Shown piece after piece: positions 14,506 through 26,930 of a stretch of 64,000 nucleotides of DNA. Source of the stretch: Cenococcum geophilum (Eukaryota); contig CP158636.1 in NCBI GenBank assembly GCA_050273025.1, forward strand, positions 6,510,001 to 6,574,000, read 5' to 3'. How positions within the stretch are numbered: position 1 is the stretch's first letter; every line of letters begins with the position of its first letter. Under the pieces are notes generated by a model that saw nothing but the letters and a program-made list of their open reading frames with translations, had not been told where the DNA came from and did no database searches. A program made the position numbers and the translations under genes.

Positions 14506-14724
14506 TGTTTGTATTAACTTAATAATACAAGTAAGTTATATCCCGGGGCACGAAATACGTATAGTATCGTATGCTCTTTGGGATGGTGGTGACTGTCGAT
14601 TCTATTAAGGTAGACTACGTGGTCTATATACTAACGCGCCTCCCCCTAATTAGTTAGCATCTAAGTGGTTAGTGCACTAAACGCGTAACCACGCGTTTGG
14701 TGTACCACATGCTGTAATTATACA
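14506..14724 (-). repeat. Copia 5' LTR (219 bp)
   Basis: Direct repeat of 8676-8894; adjacent to the TSD GTTAT. Confidence 0.95.
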
Positions 14725-15807
14725 GTTATTATTTATAAGGGTAAGCTGCTTATATATGCGCTCTTAAATACTATATATCCGAGATTATTATATTTCTATT
14801 ATAGTGGAAACCCTTATTAAATTAAAGAGCCTATAAGTAAGGGTAGATACCTTCTATCCCTATTTATTGCTATTTAGATATAGGTAGAAATCCTAAATAT
14901 TATAATAGAGCTTATAAGTCTTATATGTATAAATGGCGGGGATCTAATATAATTAGTAAAATTTAGAATAAGATAGAATAGAAAATACTAGAACGTAGGT
15001 CTTTCTCCTACTATAGCAATAGAAATACTTAAATTTATTTTTACTAGAATAAGGTATCTTATAGGCGTAAGACAGGTCTAGCATAAGCGCATAAACGTAA
15101 TAACGGCAGCACTTTAGAGAGATTACTGTAGGAGCAACAGAGGTAGTCTAGGGTAGCACTAAAATAATACTACCGCTGGTTAGGGGACGCGCAGCATAAC
15201 TATAAGATATTATAAGAGAATACTATAGAAAGTTAGCATTATTAACGAAGATAAAATAGGGATCCTATTACTTATAAACGTATTATAAAAAGAGAATAGA
15301 GTAGTTATAAAAGAATAGCTAGAGATATAGAAGCTAAAAGCTAAAATATAGTAAAAACAGTCTACTAAAAGATAAGACGAATAGTATTATTAATAAAAAG
15401 ACGCGTAAGAGACAATAGCTTATAAACTAGAAGAAATTAAAATAAAGACGTTATTATTAGAACCTATTTTAGGTAAATAGGGATAATAGCTTATAGATAC
15501 GTTATATAGGATAACCTCCAGATTAACTTATAACAAACTCTTATAATAAAAAAGGTAAATCCCATCTAATTATTATTATTATTATTATTTTAATTCTATT
15601 ATAAAGGTATTATAAAGAGCTATAGTAGAAGAAAAGTGGAGGAACTAAAGACAAAGTAAGGTTTTATGCTAGTAAAGAACTAGCTATAAGCCGCATTATA
15701 GAGTACCTTTTTACTAAAAATCTTCTCTAGTGGTTTTAGCTAAAACTTTATAAAAGCTTAGTAGAGGCAAAGTCTTAAAGGACTAAAACCCTTAAAGGGG
15801 AGGCAAT

Positions 15808-16161
15808 TATAACGGAATCCCTTAGAAGGTACATATTAGATAAGACAGTAAGAGGTTTTGTTTATATCCTATCTATATTCTATCTACATTCTAGAAGATA
15901 TAGTTAAATAGATAAGGGGCGAAGGGTTTTACTAGCGTCTTAGAAGGATTATATAGGGAGCTAGTTCTCCTCTAGAAAAGAGCTAGCAATTAGTCTCTAA
16001 ATAAAAGAGGTTAGAAAGCATTTATCCTTTATTTATAAAGATTATTCTACCTTAGCTTATCTTCTACTTACCTATAACTCTTATTCTATACTATTAATTA
16101 GATAATTATACGTTCCGGTTAAACTGGCCTCTTACACTATTATAGCCTATATAGTATTACA
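15808..16161 (+). repeat. Putative 3' LTR of Gypsy A (~354 bp)
   Basis: Follows the PPT; starts TATAACGG (RIPped TGT.ACGG) and ends TATTACA. The partner LTR is not in the window. Confidence 0.65.
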
Positions 16162-19100
16162 CTCCTTCTTAATATGCTCTCTTACTAGTCCTTTTAGCAT
16201 CCTTTCCGCATAGGCTACGGCTAGCTCTTTAAGGTGCATTTAAAGCGGCGGAAATCCCGTCTTATGCTCTAGTACTACTATTAGCGTTAATTTGTACACC
16301 CCCGCAATAGTGCGGAGGTATAGGTTCTATACTACGCCCAACTAGCGCAGCTTGGTTTTACTCATTTCCTTAGGCTTTATCCACTCCGGTAGCGAGTACT
16401 AGGTACTATATCCATATAAAATTGCCGGCCGGACTACGGCGGAGTATACTATCCGCGCCTTCTAAAAGGAGGCGCCCTATATAGAGGCCGTAAGCCAGGT
16501 TAGTGCGTCCATTTAGGTAATCGCCTTTATCTTAACAATGTTAACGTGCGGTCCCTATTTAAGCAAGCTGCCCTATTAATACTAGAAATTTAAGGATATA
16601 TTCTTTAAAGTAGCGTCTAATATACTCCTACCTTACTAACTATATAATTATAAGATTAAGATTAAGTAGGGCAAGGAAAATAGCTTTAGCTTTAGCCCCC
16701 TCTATAAGCAGTTTATTACTAAATTATAGGCTATAAAGTAGTATCTTATTAATAACCTAAATAAGGGCTTTATTAAGCCTAAATAAACCCCTTTTACCTT
16801 ACCTATTTTCTTTATTAAAAAGCTAAATAGAAGACTCCGCTTTTATATTAACTACTATAAGCTAAATAATATAACCCACAAGGACCGCTATTCGCTACCC
16901 TTACTTAATAAAACTCTAGCCCAAATAAGTAGAGATAAGGTCTTTATAAAGCTTAATATCCGCTAGGCCTTTTACTAAATTAAAATAAACTCTAGGTTTA
17001 AAATTTTTATTATATTTTAGACTTATTACGGAATATATAAATATAAGGTACTTTTTTTTAAACTGACTAACGGACTAGTTATATACTAGCGGTATATAAA
17101 TAATATACTCTTTAACTACCTTAACAACTTCTATATAGCCTATTTAGATAATATTATAATTTACTTTAAGAACGAGCTAAAATATAAGGAGCATGTCTAT
17201 AAAGTCCTATAACAGCTCTATAAGGCTAGCCTCTAGGTTAATATTAAGAAGTTAGAGTTTATTATTAAGCGTATAAAGTACTTAGGTTTTATTATTAGTA
17301 TAAATAAAATTAAAGCCAACTTAGAGAAAACGGCTGTAATTAACTAGTAGGCACCCCTACGGACTCTAAAGGGGGTATAATTATTTTTAGGTTTTTATAA
17401 CTTTTACTAACGCTTTATTAAAAACTATAATAGAATCGCCCAGCCTTTTAACCGTCTTACTAAAAAGGACTAGCCCTTTTACTTTAATGCTATATATAGG
17501 CAGGCCTTTAATAAGCTTAAAAAATAGCTAGTATTGGCTCCCCTACTCGCCTATTTTAACCTAAAACGGCCCTTAATGCTAAAAACTAATACCTTAGATA
17601 GCGCAATAGCTAGTATTTTTTCCTAAAAGCAATCGGATGGAGAATAGTACCCTATTATATACTATTTAAAGACTATAATAAATACTAAGCTAAACTACTA
17701 TATCTATAATAAAGAAATGCTAGCTATTATTTCTAGCTTTTAGCACTAGCGTATATAGCTAAAGGGGACCCCTAAGCCCATTAAGGTAGTTTTAGATTAT
17801 AAGGCCCTAGAATACTTTATAATAACTAAGGTCCTTATAGCTTAATAGGCACACTAGGCGGATATCCTATCTTAGTTTAACTTCTTAATTATATATAAAC
17901 TAGGTACTATAAACTATATAAACGCTTTTATAAGGTATAAATAAGACCTAAATAACTAGACGGTTATAAAGATCTTATTACAGACCTAGATACTACTATA
18001 ACTAAAATATCTTAACCCCTAAATATAGGTAGAACTAAGTATAGACTCCTTAAGCGCTAAGATATATCCTATTAACTTCTCTAAACTTAACTTTATTAAT
18101 AAACTACTATAGGCTAATTAAACAACCCCCTTTCTATAGAAGTACCGTAAAAAGGTAAAGAACATTACTAGCCTATAGTCCCTTAAAAACGGACTACTTA
18201 AGTACTAAGAATAGCTAGTAATAGCTAAGGAATAGAACTTATAGACCTAGCTTATTGCTAAAGCTTATACCTAGGTCTCTATGGCCTACCCTAGAAAGAA
18301 TAAAACCCGTAGGATTATTAGCGACCGCTATTACTAGCCTAAAATAGTTATAAATATTAACCGCCACGTACGGAACTATAACGACTACTATAGGTCTATA
18401 ATTCCACAAGATAAGACCCTAAAACTATTAAAGCCACTTCTAATACTAGAACGCCCCTAGTAGTATATCTCTATAGACTTTTATAAACTACCTATGGACC
18501 GTAACGGATATAATATAGTTGTAATCCTAGTTAACCGCTTTAGCAAGCGTCTATTCTTAATCCCCTATTATAAAAATATTAATGCTAAAGAGGCGGCCTA
18601 ACTATATATCTATTACGTCTACTAAATCTATAAACTACTAAATTCTATTATATCCAATCGCGGGCCGTAATTTATATCGGTATTCTAGAATAAGTTTACC
18701 TAAATCTTAGGTATTAAGCTAAAGCTTTCTATAGCATACTACTCTTAAATAAATAGTTAGACGGAAATTATAAATTAATACTTAGACTAAAGACTTTAGC
18801 CCTTTATTAACTATTTCTAAGATAACTAGGCTAAACTACTACCCCTAATAGACTACGCCTAAGCAACCCTACTCCACAATTTTATAGAATTTGCCCCTAT
18901 CTAACTAGAAATAGGCTACTTATCCTATATAAGCTTTAACTAGGAAAAACTAGAAGGACCCCAGACTATATATTAAAAAAACTATCTTATAAAGAAGCCT
19001 AGCAGTATACTAAGCGCCTAAAAGAAGCCTAGATAGTAGCCTATATATATTACGGACCTTATATTAGCAGTAATACAACTACTAAGAAAAGATATAAATG

Positions 19101-20353
19101 GGTTAGTTAAGATAGTATGGGAGGCGCCAAAACCGATTAAGCCATAGGATAAGGGGTAGCCAAGTTATATAGCTAGTCACGTTATAAGTTTAGAACGTAG
19201 GAACGTAGGAACGTAGGAACGCGATATACTAACATACTAACGTACTAATGTACTTAGTATATTTCTTAGGCGCAGTATTATATATTTAAAGGACTACAGT
19301 CCCTACCTAAATAGTTCTCTTCTTTATAGTAAATCTTAAAATATAATTAGAGTTAATCTATTAGGCAACCACTCCACTAGTTATTATTACATTATTAACT
19401 TCTTATTTACCTATATACCTAGCCCATTAATAAGTCCACCATAGTTCCTGCTATAAGGCTTCGTTATAATATAAATTAAAAAAAGGCCTAAATTAATATA
19501 ATAGTAGGTAAATAAGTATAGGCGAGAGCCTAATTTTACTATAGGAGATATAGTCTAGGTTATAATAAAAAAACTAAAAAACGGAACAACCTAGCCGTAG
19601 GCTAGACTATTAGATAGTAGGACCGTATAAAGCCCTTAAGAAAATAGGTAACTTATATAAAGTAAAGCTCCCAGACTTAATTAAGGTTTACTCTATTTTC
19701 TTTTTAGATAAGCTATAAAAAGCTATAAACAATTTATTACCTAGATAAAAGAATAAACCTCCCCTACTAATTTAAGTTAATAGCGACAATAAATAGAAAA
19801 TTAAAGAAATACTGGCCTATAAGCTTATAAGGGGAACGTTAAAATATTGTATTAGTTAGAAAGGATATAACCTAGACCCTACTTAGTACCCTATATAAAA
19901 CTTTATAAGTAGTCCCTATAAGCTTTAGGAGTTTTATAGCCGTTACCTTAATGAACCTAGACCTTTAAAGTACCTTAATAAGTAAATAGAGTGCTAAAAT
20001 AGTAAAGATAATAGGCTATCTATTAAGTATAAAGATAAGAATACCCTATAGATATAATATAAATATATAAAGCCTAAAAGCAGGCTTTTTTAAAGGGGGG
20101 GGTAATATTACGGCGCTAGTGGAAACTAGTAAATTATAACTAGTAGATATTAGTGGATTATAGCGGATAATTGTAGATAGTTTTAAATAATTGCCATTAT
20201 GTGACTAGAGGGTTATATATAACGTTAAGCAGCGCCGCCCTTTATCTTCTTTCCTTTCTTTAGCTTTAGATCCTTGTTTATAGACAATCTAATTATATAG
20301 GCTTACGCGACCCTTTTGCTGTGCTTGTGCCTTAATTAACTAAGTCACTAACA
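16162..20353 (+). mobile_element. Second Ty3/Gypsy chromovirus 'B' (3' half: late protease/RT/RH/IN/chromodomain plus 3' LTR), RIP-inactivated
   Basis: Degenerate VFSK.AS..LPP.R.YD.KI (~16600), AYLD(D)IIIY (~17140), RNase H ETD.SD.AIA and KEMLAII, integrase (ISIDF, SNRGP.FIS), chromodomain ~19790-19900, PPT TAAAGGGGGGGGTAA and an LTR-like segment ~20106-20353. Confidence 0.88.
19048..19468. mobile_element. Solo LTR (421 bp) inserted in the Gypsy B integrase region
   Basis: Termini TATTACG...CGTTATA (RIPped TG...CA inverted ends) with a 5-bp TSD ATATA (19043-19047, 19469-19473). The host frame (EA.IVA.IN..KA) rejoins when it is removed. Contains short GGAACGTA repeats. Confidence 0.8.
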
Positions 20354-22764
20354 CGCCTAGTTTAAGTGTGTTTAAGATATAAAGATCTAATATAGTATTC
20401 TTAATAAAGATACCTAAAATTTTAATAAAACCGGCTTCTAAATAGGTGTTATTATAACTATAAGAGTTATTATAGAAACTAATAGGGCTAGCTAGCCTTA
20501 AATAATACAGTTAGGCAATTAAGAGTGGGTTATAATTATTAAGTATATTAATATATTAAGTGATATAATTCTACCACTTATTATTTTTAAGGCCGTAATA
20601 TACTAAGCTACTTAGTATAATATTATTCTATATAACTGGTTAATTGGCGTTAGTAAGAATAAATAGATAATAAATAAGATAAGCTTTACCTAGCTTGCCG
20701 AGGTGTCCTATAAGTATATAAAGGATCGCACGGTTAGTATATATTAACTACTTATACTAGATAGCTACGGCAGCCATATTAACCCTAAATTTAATTAATT
20801 CTGTATAGATTATTAGATAGTCGTCCCCTATATACTGGCGTATTTATTACACCTACTACAGCTGCTAAATATAGGCTGTTTTTTTAGCGCTAAAGCAGGC
20901 CTACAGACGCGGCGTTAAATAGATAATGGCCGGCGGCGTTAATTATATTAATAAACATAAATTCCTGCCGCTGTATATATAGGCTAGGCAAACAGCACTA
21001 TATTAAAATTATATATAGGCGGGATTTGCAGCTACTAGCCTTGTTCTATATAACCCTAATTACGTACTAGCATAGCTATATGCCGAATATTAGACACTAC
21101 CGCCCTATCTACTATTAAATATATCCTAGATAGCCGAAATACCACATAATATTGCTAAATTGTAGTAGTAAACAGCCTTACTAAAGCGCTATCTTAAGCG
21201 CCGTATATATAGCCCACTAATTCTAACAGAATAAGCCCTTGGCTAGTTTGTAAAGGGGTATAAAATAGTAATATTAAGCGCTGTACTGCTTATAAGCGAA
21301 AATAAGAAGCTATAGATGGAAAAGTAGCGCTAGAAAAGGAAGAGGGCATAGAAGCGCACCTATATAGCTAGGGGAGGGGTGCTATTAGGCGTAGAAGGGT
21401 CCTCTTATATATCTGCTGCCCAGGGAGAGGCAGCAGAGGGGGCAGTAGAAGCAGCGGCTGGGCTACAGTAATGTGTAAAACTAAGGTATAGTATATATAA
21501 ATTAACAGAATATAATATACGTACGTGTCCTAAACGGTAGGCAACTAGCTAGTACATAGCTATATATAATACAATTGTTCGTTATTATATAATTCATATT
21601 ATTTAGCCTTAGAAGTGGTAAACAAGACTATAAATCTTACTAGTACTTAATTAGTATAGCTTTATATAAAACCCCTACTAGCTTTATTAAACCCCTGCTA
21701 GCGTTATATAACCCCTATAATTATAAGCGCTATCTCATTTGCCGTTTAAGGGCCTTTAGTGCGAAAATATATGGAGGTTAACTCGAGACTAATATCTTTT
21801 TCCCACCTTTTCTACTGCCCTACTTTTACCCTAAATAATATATTTTTAAAAATCTAATCGATTATATAACTAAAGCTACTTTTTAAGAATATTTATATAA
21901 AACCCTATAGTATAAAAGTAAGTTGTTAAAATTATAGGTGGAAAAACATAAAGTAACTTTTTGGGTTAACTTGTAAGATTTAAAGTAATAAGTTTGGATA
22001 AAGTACGACCGACTACCTATATCTAATATCCCACATAATATAGCTACAACGTTATTATTTAATGCAATAGATAGAGAAGCTAAAGAGCTCCCACCTTATA
22101 GTATTTTTATAATAACTAGACGTTATAAAATGGTTAAGATACGGCAGTAAGGAAGGTGATTTTGGTGTATTTTAGATAAAATACGACCGACTGCCTATAT
22201 CTAATATTTTATATAATATAGCTACGACGTCGTTATTTAATGCAATAGATAGAGGAGCTAAAGGGCTCCTACCTTATAGTATTTTTATAATAACTAGACG
22301 TTATAAAAGGGTCGAGATACGGCAGTGAAAAAGGTAATTTTTGACGCTGTATTACTAGAGCCTCGCCTGTCGCAAAATGTCGCAAAATCTACCTAAATCT
22401 TACCCAGCTAACAGCTTTATATTTTAATAAAAATCTAATTAGTTATAGAGGAGACTAGTCTAAGTTAACTTATTAGCTTATTAGGTTAAATAGGTGTTGT
22501 TAGGGAGTTAAATATATAGGTAAAAGTGTCTCTTATACAAAATTGCGAAAATTGAAGTTGAACGCCATAGAGTTCCGCACCATAGGCCCTCAGACGGCAG
22601 TGCAAACTTAAGGTCGGTAGATGGCTGATTGGTTAAAAGGAAGTGGCGTTTTTTAGATAGAGACTAGTGATACTTTAGTATTAGTGAGTGCGCCTTCAGT
22701 TTGCCCTTGCCGTCTGAGTCGCTTACTGAGATAAGGGTATGGCCAGTTTGGGGGTGGATTACGT
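20354..22764 (+). mobile_element. pogo/Fot1-type DNA transposon, 3' part, RIP-inactivated
   Basis: DDE remnants NF(D)(E)TGF.IG (~20415), LLILD.(H)GSH (~20750), P.H..HLLQ.L(D)IGCF (~20835) and a terminal CCHC-like knuckle (~21485-21535). The right terminus reads ...GGGGGTGGATTACGT followed by TA (reverse complement ACGTAATCCACC, a Fot1/Tan1-like end). Confidence 0.85.
21996..22345 (+). repeat. Two tandem copies of a ~178-bp unit in the 3' non-coding part of the pogo-like element
   Basis: TACGACCGACT.CCTATATCTAATAT...ACGGCAGT occurs at ~22003 and again at ~22182. Confidence 0.85.
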
Positions 22765-23582
22765 TATGTAGTAAGTATTATTAAGGTACGTGACTTTAAC
22801 AAACGCCCTCTGCTATATCGGACGAATTTACGATTTTTGGATGGAAATATGGCTCAACGCCCTGGATTGACGATCAATCCCGTATGCAACCCTGGCGGTG
22901 GTATTCAGCTGCACCTCGCCACAATTTATTCCCCTTTGGACGCCTCACGGCAATACTTTCACCCTGAAAAACATCCAACCAAACCATCGCTTGCAACTTT
23001 GAAGTAGCCCGAACTTTGATTCCTGCTTCACCTTGTGGTTACAGTCGTGCCACCATGTTTCTAATCGCCAATAAACAAAACTATGGATATTTAAGAATAT
23101 ACTTGAACGACTACTCCGCACTTTCCTCTACAAGGGTTCGGTAGAACTAGGTGTGCCGGCGCCTCGTGACACGAAGTTCGTTCTTTGGAGGCATTTGCCA
23201 AGAGCACTATGCAGGCAGTAACTTCAAGTAGCTTTCTTACATATCAAACTCCTAAGTTTACTTATTTCTTCCAATTTCGTATACGCTTTGGTTCTTAGGC
23301 CTGAAGTGGCTTGGCGAAGCGTTTGGGAGTCACCAACGAGCCTTGTCATCCGTCTCCATCCCGCTTCGACAATCATCATCTGCAAGCCACATTGTCATCA
23401 GGCGACAAGTCCGTGTTCAGCCTTGCACGCAGCTGCCAGCCTACTAAAGAAGAGTATATCCCATATGATATTTACAGCACGAGGGGGCAAACTCGTACGG
23501 TTCATTCGTCTATCGTAAATCCTTATTACCACATTCCCCAAATTTAGTCTATCGGCTCTATTGACTTAACGAAGATCGATAC

Positions 23583-26500
23583 ATGTCCCACAGCCCAGAG
23601 GCTACCCCGTGCCATTCCTACATCACAGTAGCTAATAAGGTCATGGCTCAAGGCAACTTGCAAGTACGCAAACACATTTACAACTCTTTAACCGTCTTTG
23701 GATGAGCCGCCTTTTCTAATGATATTATCCGTGTAGACTAATCACACTGCTCCGAGAAACCGTTTCAGGGCACTTTTGAGAAACAATGAACTGGGGATGT
23801 TAGTCGCGAGTTTCTTTATTAACTTCCGCCAGTCTCATACTTTTTCTAACGGAACTGAGGGAGATAGAGTAGACAACCCCCTACTTCATCGAGACCCTAG
23901 CGATCAAGATAACGATGTTCGAGCTACGTACAGCCGTCATCCTGATCTACAAGACGCTCTTGATGTTGAGTTACTCATACGGGGCGCTAGACTTGCAAGA
24001 GACCAGGAACTCTTTGAAGCTACTGAGCATTTAAGCAGAATTGAGAGGGCAGCGCTACAAAGAGAGCGGACTTCTGGCTTCTGGAAGCAACCGAAATCTC
24101 TTAGAGTTATCATATTAACCTGCTGTGTCGGAGCCATTGTCCAGTAAGATTACTAGTGCATATTTGTCACTGTTATTCTACCAAAATTGACCCATATTCA
24201 TCACAGAGGCTGGGTGCAAAGCAGTATCGCTGGTGCAAACCTACAATGGCCAGCCGAGTTCGGGTTAAATGTGGATATCAAAAGTCCCTACACACATGAT
24301 GTATGGCTATTTGGAGCGGTCAATGCAATAACGTATTTCTCTGCAAGCGCGGTGTAAGCACTTAAGTCCTCCACTCCGGGTACTAGTAGCTAATTAGCAC
24401 TCTTGATTCTTAAAGGGGAGCCTGGTTATCCGATCCATTAAATGAATATGTGTATGGCAGGTACGACTCTCAAATTTTAGTTTAGCAGCATGTCTTATGG
24501 TCTCAGCTCAGGCATACTCTGAAACTTTACAGACTAAATTTGTTTCGTTCTTGTGGTCTTCCAGTACCAAGGCGTTTTATGTGATGGTCACGATTGAGGC
24601 CATAATATAATTGTAGTTGCTGACCACACTATACTCATAGGCGCGGCGCTCTCTTTGTCGCTGCATTGTTCACATTTGGTTTTACTATCGGGTCAGCTTA
24701 CACCGAAAGTTGGTATGTATTTCGTTCACGTAACGTAGATCCGGCCCCAAGCTATGCATCACAACATGGAAACTAACTGTCCATGTAGGAGGTCTTTGTT
24801 TGTCTGCCGCTTCGGAGTAGGCATTGGAATGGGTGCAAAAGCGTCGGTTGGTTAGTTTCTCCGTATTTTCCGGTTCTTAGTACACAAACGGCTATAGGCT
24901 AACATAACATTGATTTTGGCATAGTACCCATCTGGGAATCTGAAATCTCGCCGGCCCGCATTAGGGGTAACTAGACCGCCTATTACTTTGTAGAGACAAT
25001 CTCTAATCTTCTCAATAGGGCGTCTACTTTTGACCTGGCAAACGTTTACGGGCAAGACACCAAAAAACATAATCCAAGACTTTATATATACTAATTTATT
25101 AACTCCAGCGCTCGGGATATTTCTCGGGAACGCAGCGAACCTTGTGGTGTATAACCATTGGAGGCTACAGATTGGCAGTCCAGTTATTCCTGCCGTGGTT
25201 CTTTTGGTCCTTGTTCCAATTTGCTACGAGTAAGTGCTTCAAGCTATAAAGCCAGAATTCCAATCAAAGCTTACATATTCTAAGGTCACCGCGTTGGCTT
25301 ATCAAGCGAAACAAATACAAAAACGCCTATGAGTCCCTAGTTCAGTTGCGCGAGACCCCTCTTCAAAGTGCTAGAGACCTCTACTACATTCACTCCCAAC
25401 TGCAAGTGGAGACAAATCTATTTGCCAGAAGCCGGAATGCGGACAATGAAGTGGATATGGGTAATATTATTGACGATGATATGTACCAAACTGAGGTCAG
25501 CTTGACTAGCTACGGGACCCGGGTTTGGCAACTCTTGACCATCTCACGCAACCGACGGGCAAGCCTTGCCGTCTTTATAGTCATGATATCCCAGTGAGCC
25601 TAACTCTAATTTTCTCTCCTAGCAATGGCTCCTTAGCGGAACATTGACCTCAATTGACAACTAATCTATCGCGCCCGCTAGACAGCTCTCTGGCGTAAAT
25701 ATCTTCGCTTTCCTAGCCGCTACTTTATTCAATGACGCGAACATCGACCCGAAGAAATCGCTCTGGCTCGCGTTTGGCTTTGGCATAGCAAATTTTGTGT
25801 AAGATATAAGCAGCAAACAATATGAGCAAAGGCTGATGTAACATAGGTTTTCGCCCCTTGCGTACTGGTACATCGACAGCAAGGGCCGCAGGTAAAATTC
25901 CACGTGGGCCAGATGCTCTAATCGTAGACTAAATGAGATTCCAGATTTCTCTTGTTGTTATCACTTTTCTCTATGATATGGGCATTAATTGCCACCGGTT
26001 TCAGTTTCCGAATCCCGGAGCACAGTTCGGCCCGTATTCCAGTGATTACCTTGTTCATGATCATATATACGCTCTGCTACTCTCCTGGTGCTGGGGTACA
26101 TTAGTTGATTTACAAGGTCAGAGATATTTGCTGAGCTTTCGTAGGTCGTTCCTTTCACCTATTCCAGCGAGGTCTTCCCTCTCGTAAACCGCGGTAAGTC
26201 ACCCATCTCCCTGAGACATGATTTATTTAGCCAATGACTAAATGCCTATATAAAGAGGCCGGCATGTCCTTTGCAGTATTTTGGAATTTGCTCGGCGCCG
26301 GTGCGTTGGCGTTGATTGTTCCACAACTGACGTATTCTCTCGGACATACGGGGCTGTTAGGGCTTTTTGCGTAATACCTCGACCCTAACATCTAAAAATA
26401 CCCACTGATATGATCTTAGGGGCCTTGATGCATTTGCGTTTGCCCTGGTTTGGTTGCTCATGCCAGGAACCGTCCAAGTTGCAACTTTAGAAGAAATGAA

Positions 26501-26720
26501 TTACATTTTCGGTGTTCCAACACGGAGACATATAGAGTACCAGCTTAAAGAAGTGTTGCCATGGGCTTTCAGGCATTATATTCTTCGAAAAGCAACAAAG
26601 AGGCTAGCGCCTCTTTACAGATGGAACCGAACACGTGAAGACCAGCAGCGTCAACCTCCAGCACCGCCATCGGCTCCGCCAGTCCAGACTGACGGCGCGC
26701 GCGATGCTCAGAACGACTAG
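23583..26720 (+). CDS. MFS sugar porter (sugar/myo-inositol:H+ symporter-like), highly intron-rich; start ATG at 23583 or 23643
   Basis: Exon pieces include VDNPL, FWKQPKSLRVIILTCCVGAIVQ|GW.QS, YGR|RGAL, ESEISP..IRG, LRETPLQSARDLYYIH, RNRRA, QLSGVN, DSKGRR, PF.YS.EVFPL..R and TLEEMNYIFGVPTRRH. Introns are GT-AG. Confidence 0.88.
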
Positions 26721-26788
26721 GAGCTTCTTCTATTCTCTAGCTTGCGTAGCTTGTAGCTAACACTTGCGGTTAGTCTTAATGTAGGCTA

Positions 26789-26930
26789 TCCCTTAACCCG
26801 TTGAGGTCCTCAGAGGAAGTGGTCTGTGCGCGAATACCGGAATTAAGAGTACACGGGTATTAAATTCAGGCTAATCCGATTGGTGGAGTCTTATCGATAA
26901 CATGAGAACCAATCTCAACGGGTTAAGGGA
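26789..26930. mobile_element. MITE (142 bp) with TCCCTTAAC termini and TA TSD; internally deleted relative of 30521-30832
   Basis: 17-bp perfect TIR TCCCTTAACCCGTTGAG, flanked by TA on both sides. Internal sequence is similar to the reverse complement of 30521-30832. Confidence 0.8.

Larger units (their letters stand above)
8676..14724 (-). mobile_element. Ty1/Copia LTR retrotransposon, GalEa-like, full length, RIP-inactivated
   Basis: Two 219-bp LTRs (TG...CA) and a perfect 5-bp TSD GTTAT (8671-8675, 14725-14729). The minus-strand order is gag-PR-IN-RT-RH. RT motifs KSRLVIQAYN(D) (~10460-10495) and GL(Q)(T)(D)DTL (~10070-10095) are present, and CTGATTAGT immediately follows the 5' LTR. Confidence 0.93.
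8370..15480 (-). pseudogene. RIP-degraded, intron-containing antisense gene inside Gypsy A, split by the Copia; Zn(II)2Cys6-like Cys motif, helical region and acidic tail; 5' end uncertain
   Basis: Minus-strand introns 14988-14944 (GT...TACTAAT...TAG, phase 0) and 8638-8547 (GTGAGT...GCTAA...TAG, phase 2) keep one frame across the Copia TSD. The only stops in that frame are TAA/TAG. Confidence 0.6.
1..16161 (+). mobile_element. Ty3/Gypsy chromovirus LTR retrotransposon 'A' (5' part outside the window), RIP-inactivated and interrupted by a LINE (1817-7097) and a Copia (8676-14724)
   Basis: The + strand gives degenerate RT end (VFLGTANFY), RNase H (D.S.FALG.IISQ, ELLAIV), integrase (DFIIGLP; STAFYP..D...ERLN..LEHYLR) and, resuming after 7098, a chromodomain (~7630-7750; E.EW.IKDILD...EFLI.WEGY...NSWE). 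A PPT (AAAGGGGAGGCAAT) precedes an LTR-like segment at 15808. Stops are overwhelmingly TAA/TAG, as expected for RIP. Confidence 0.85.
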
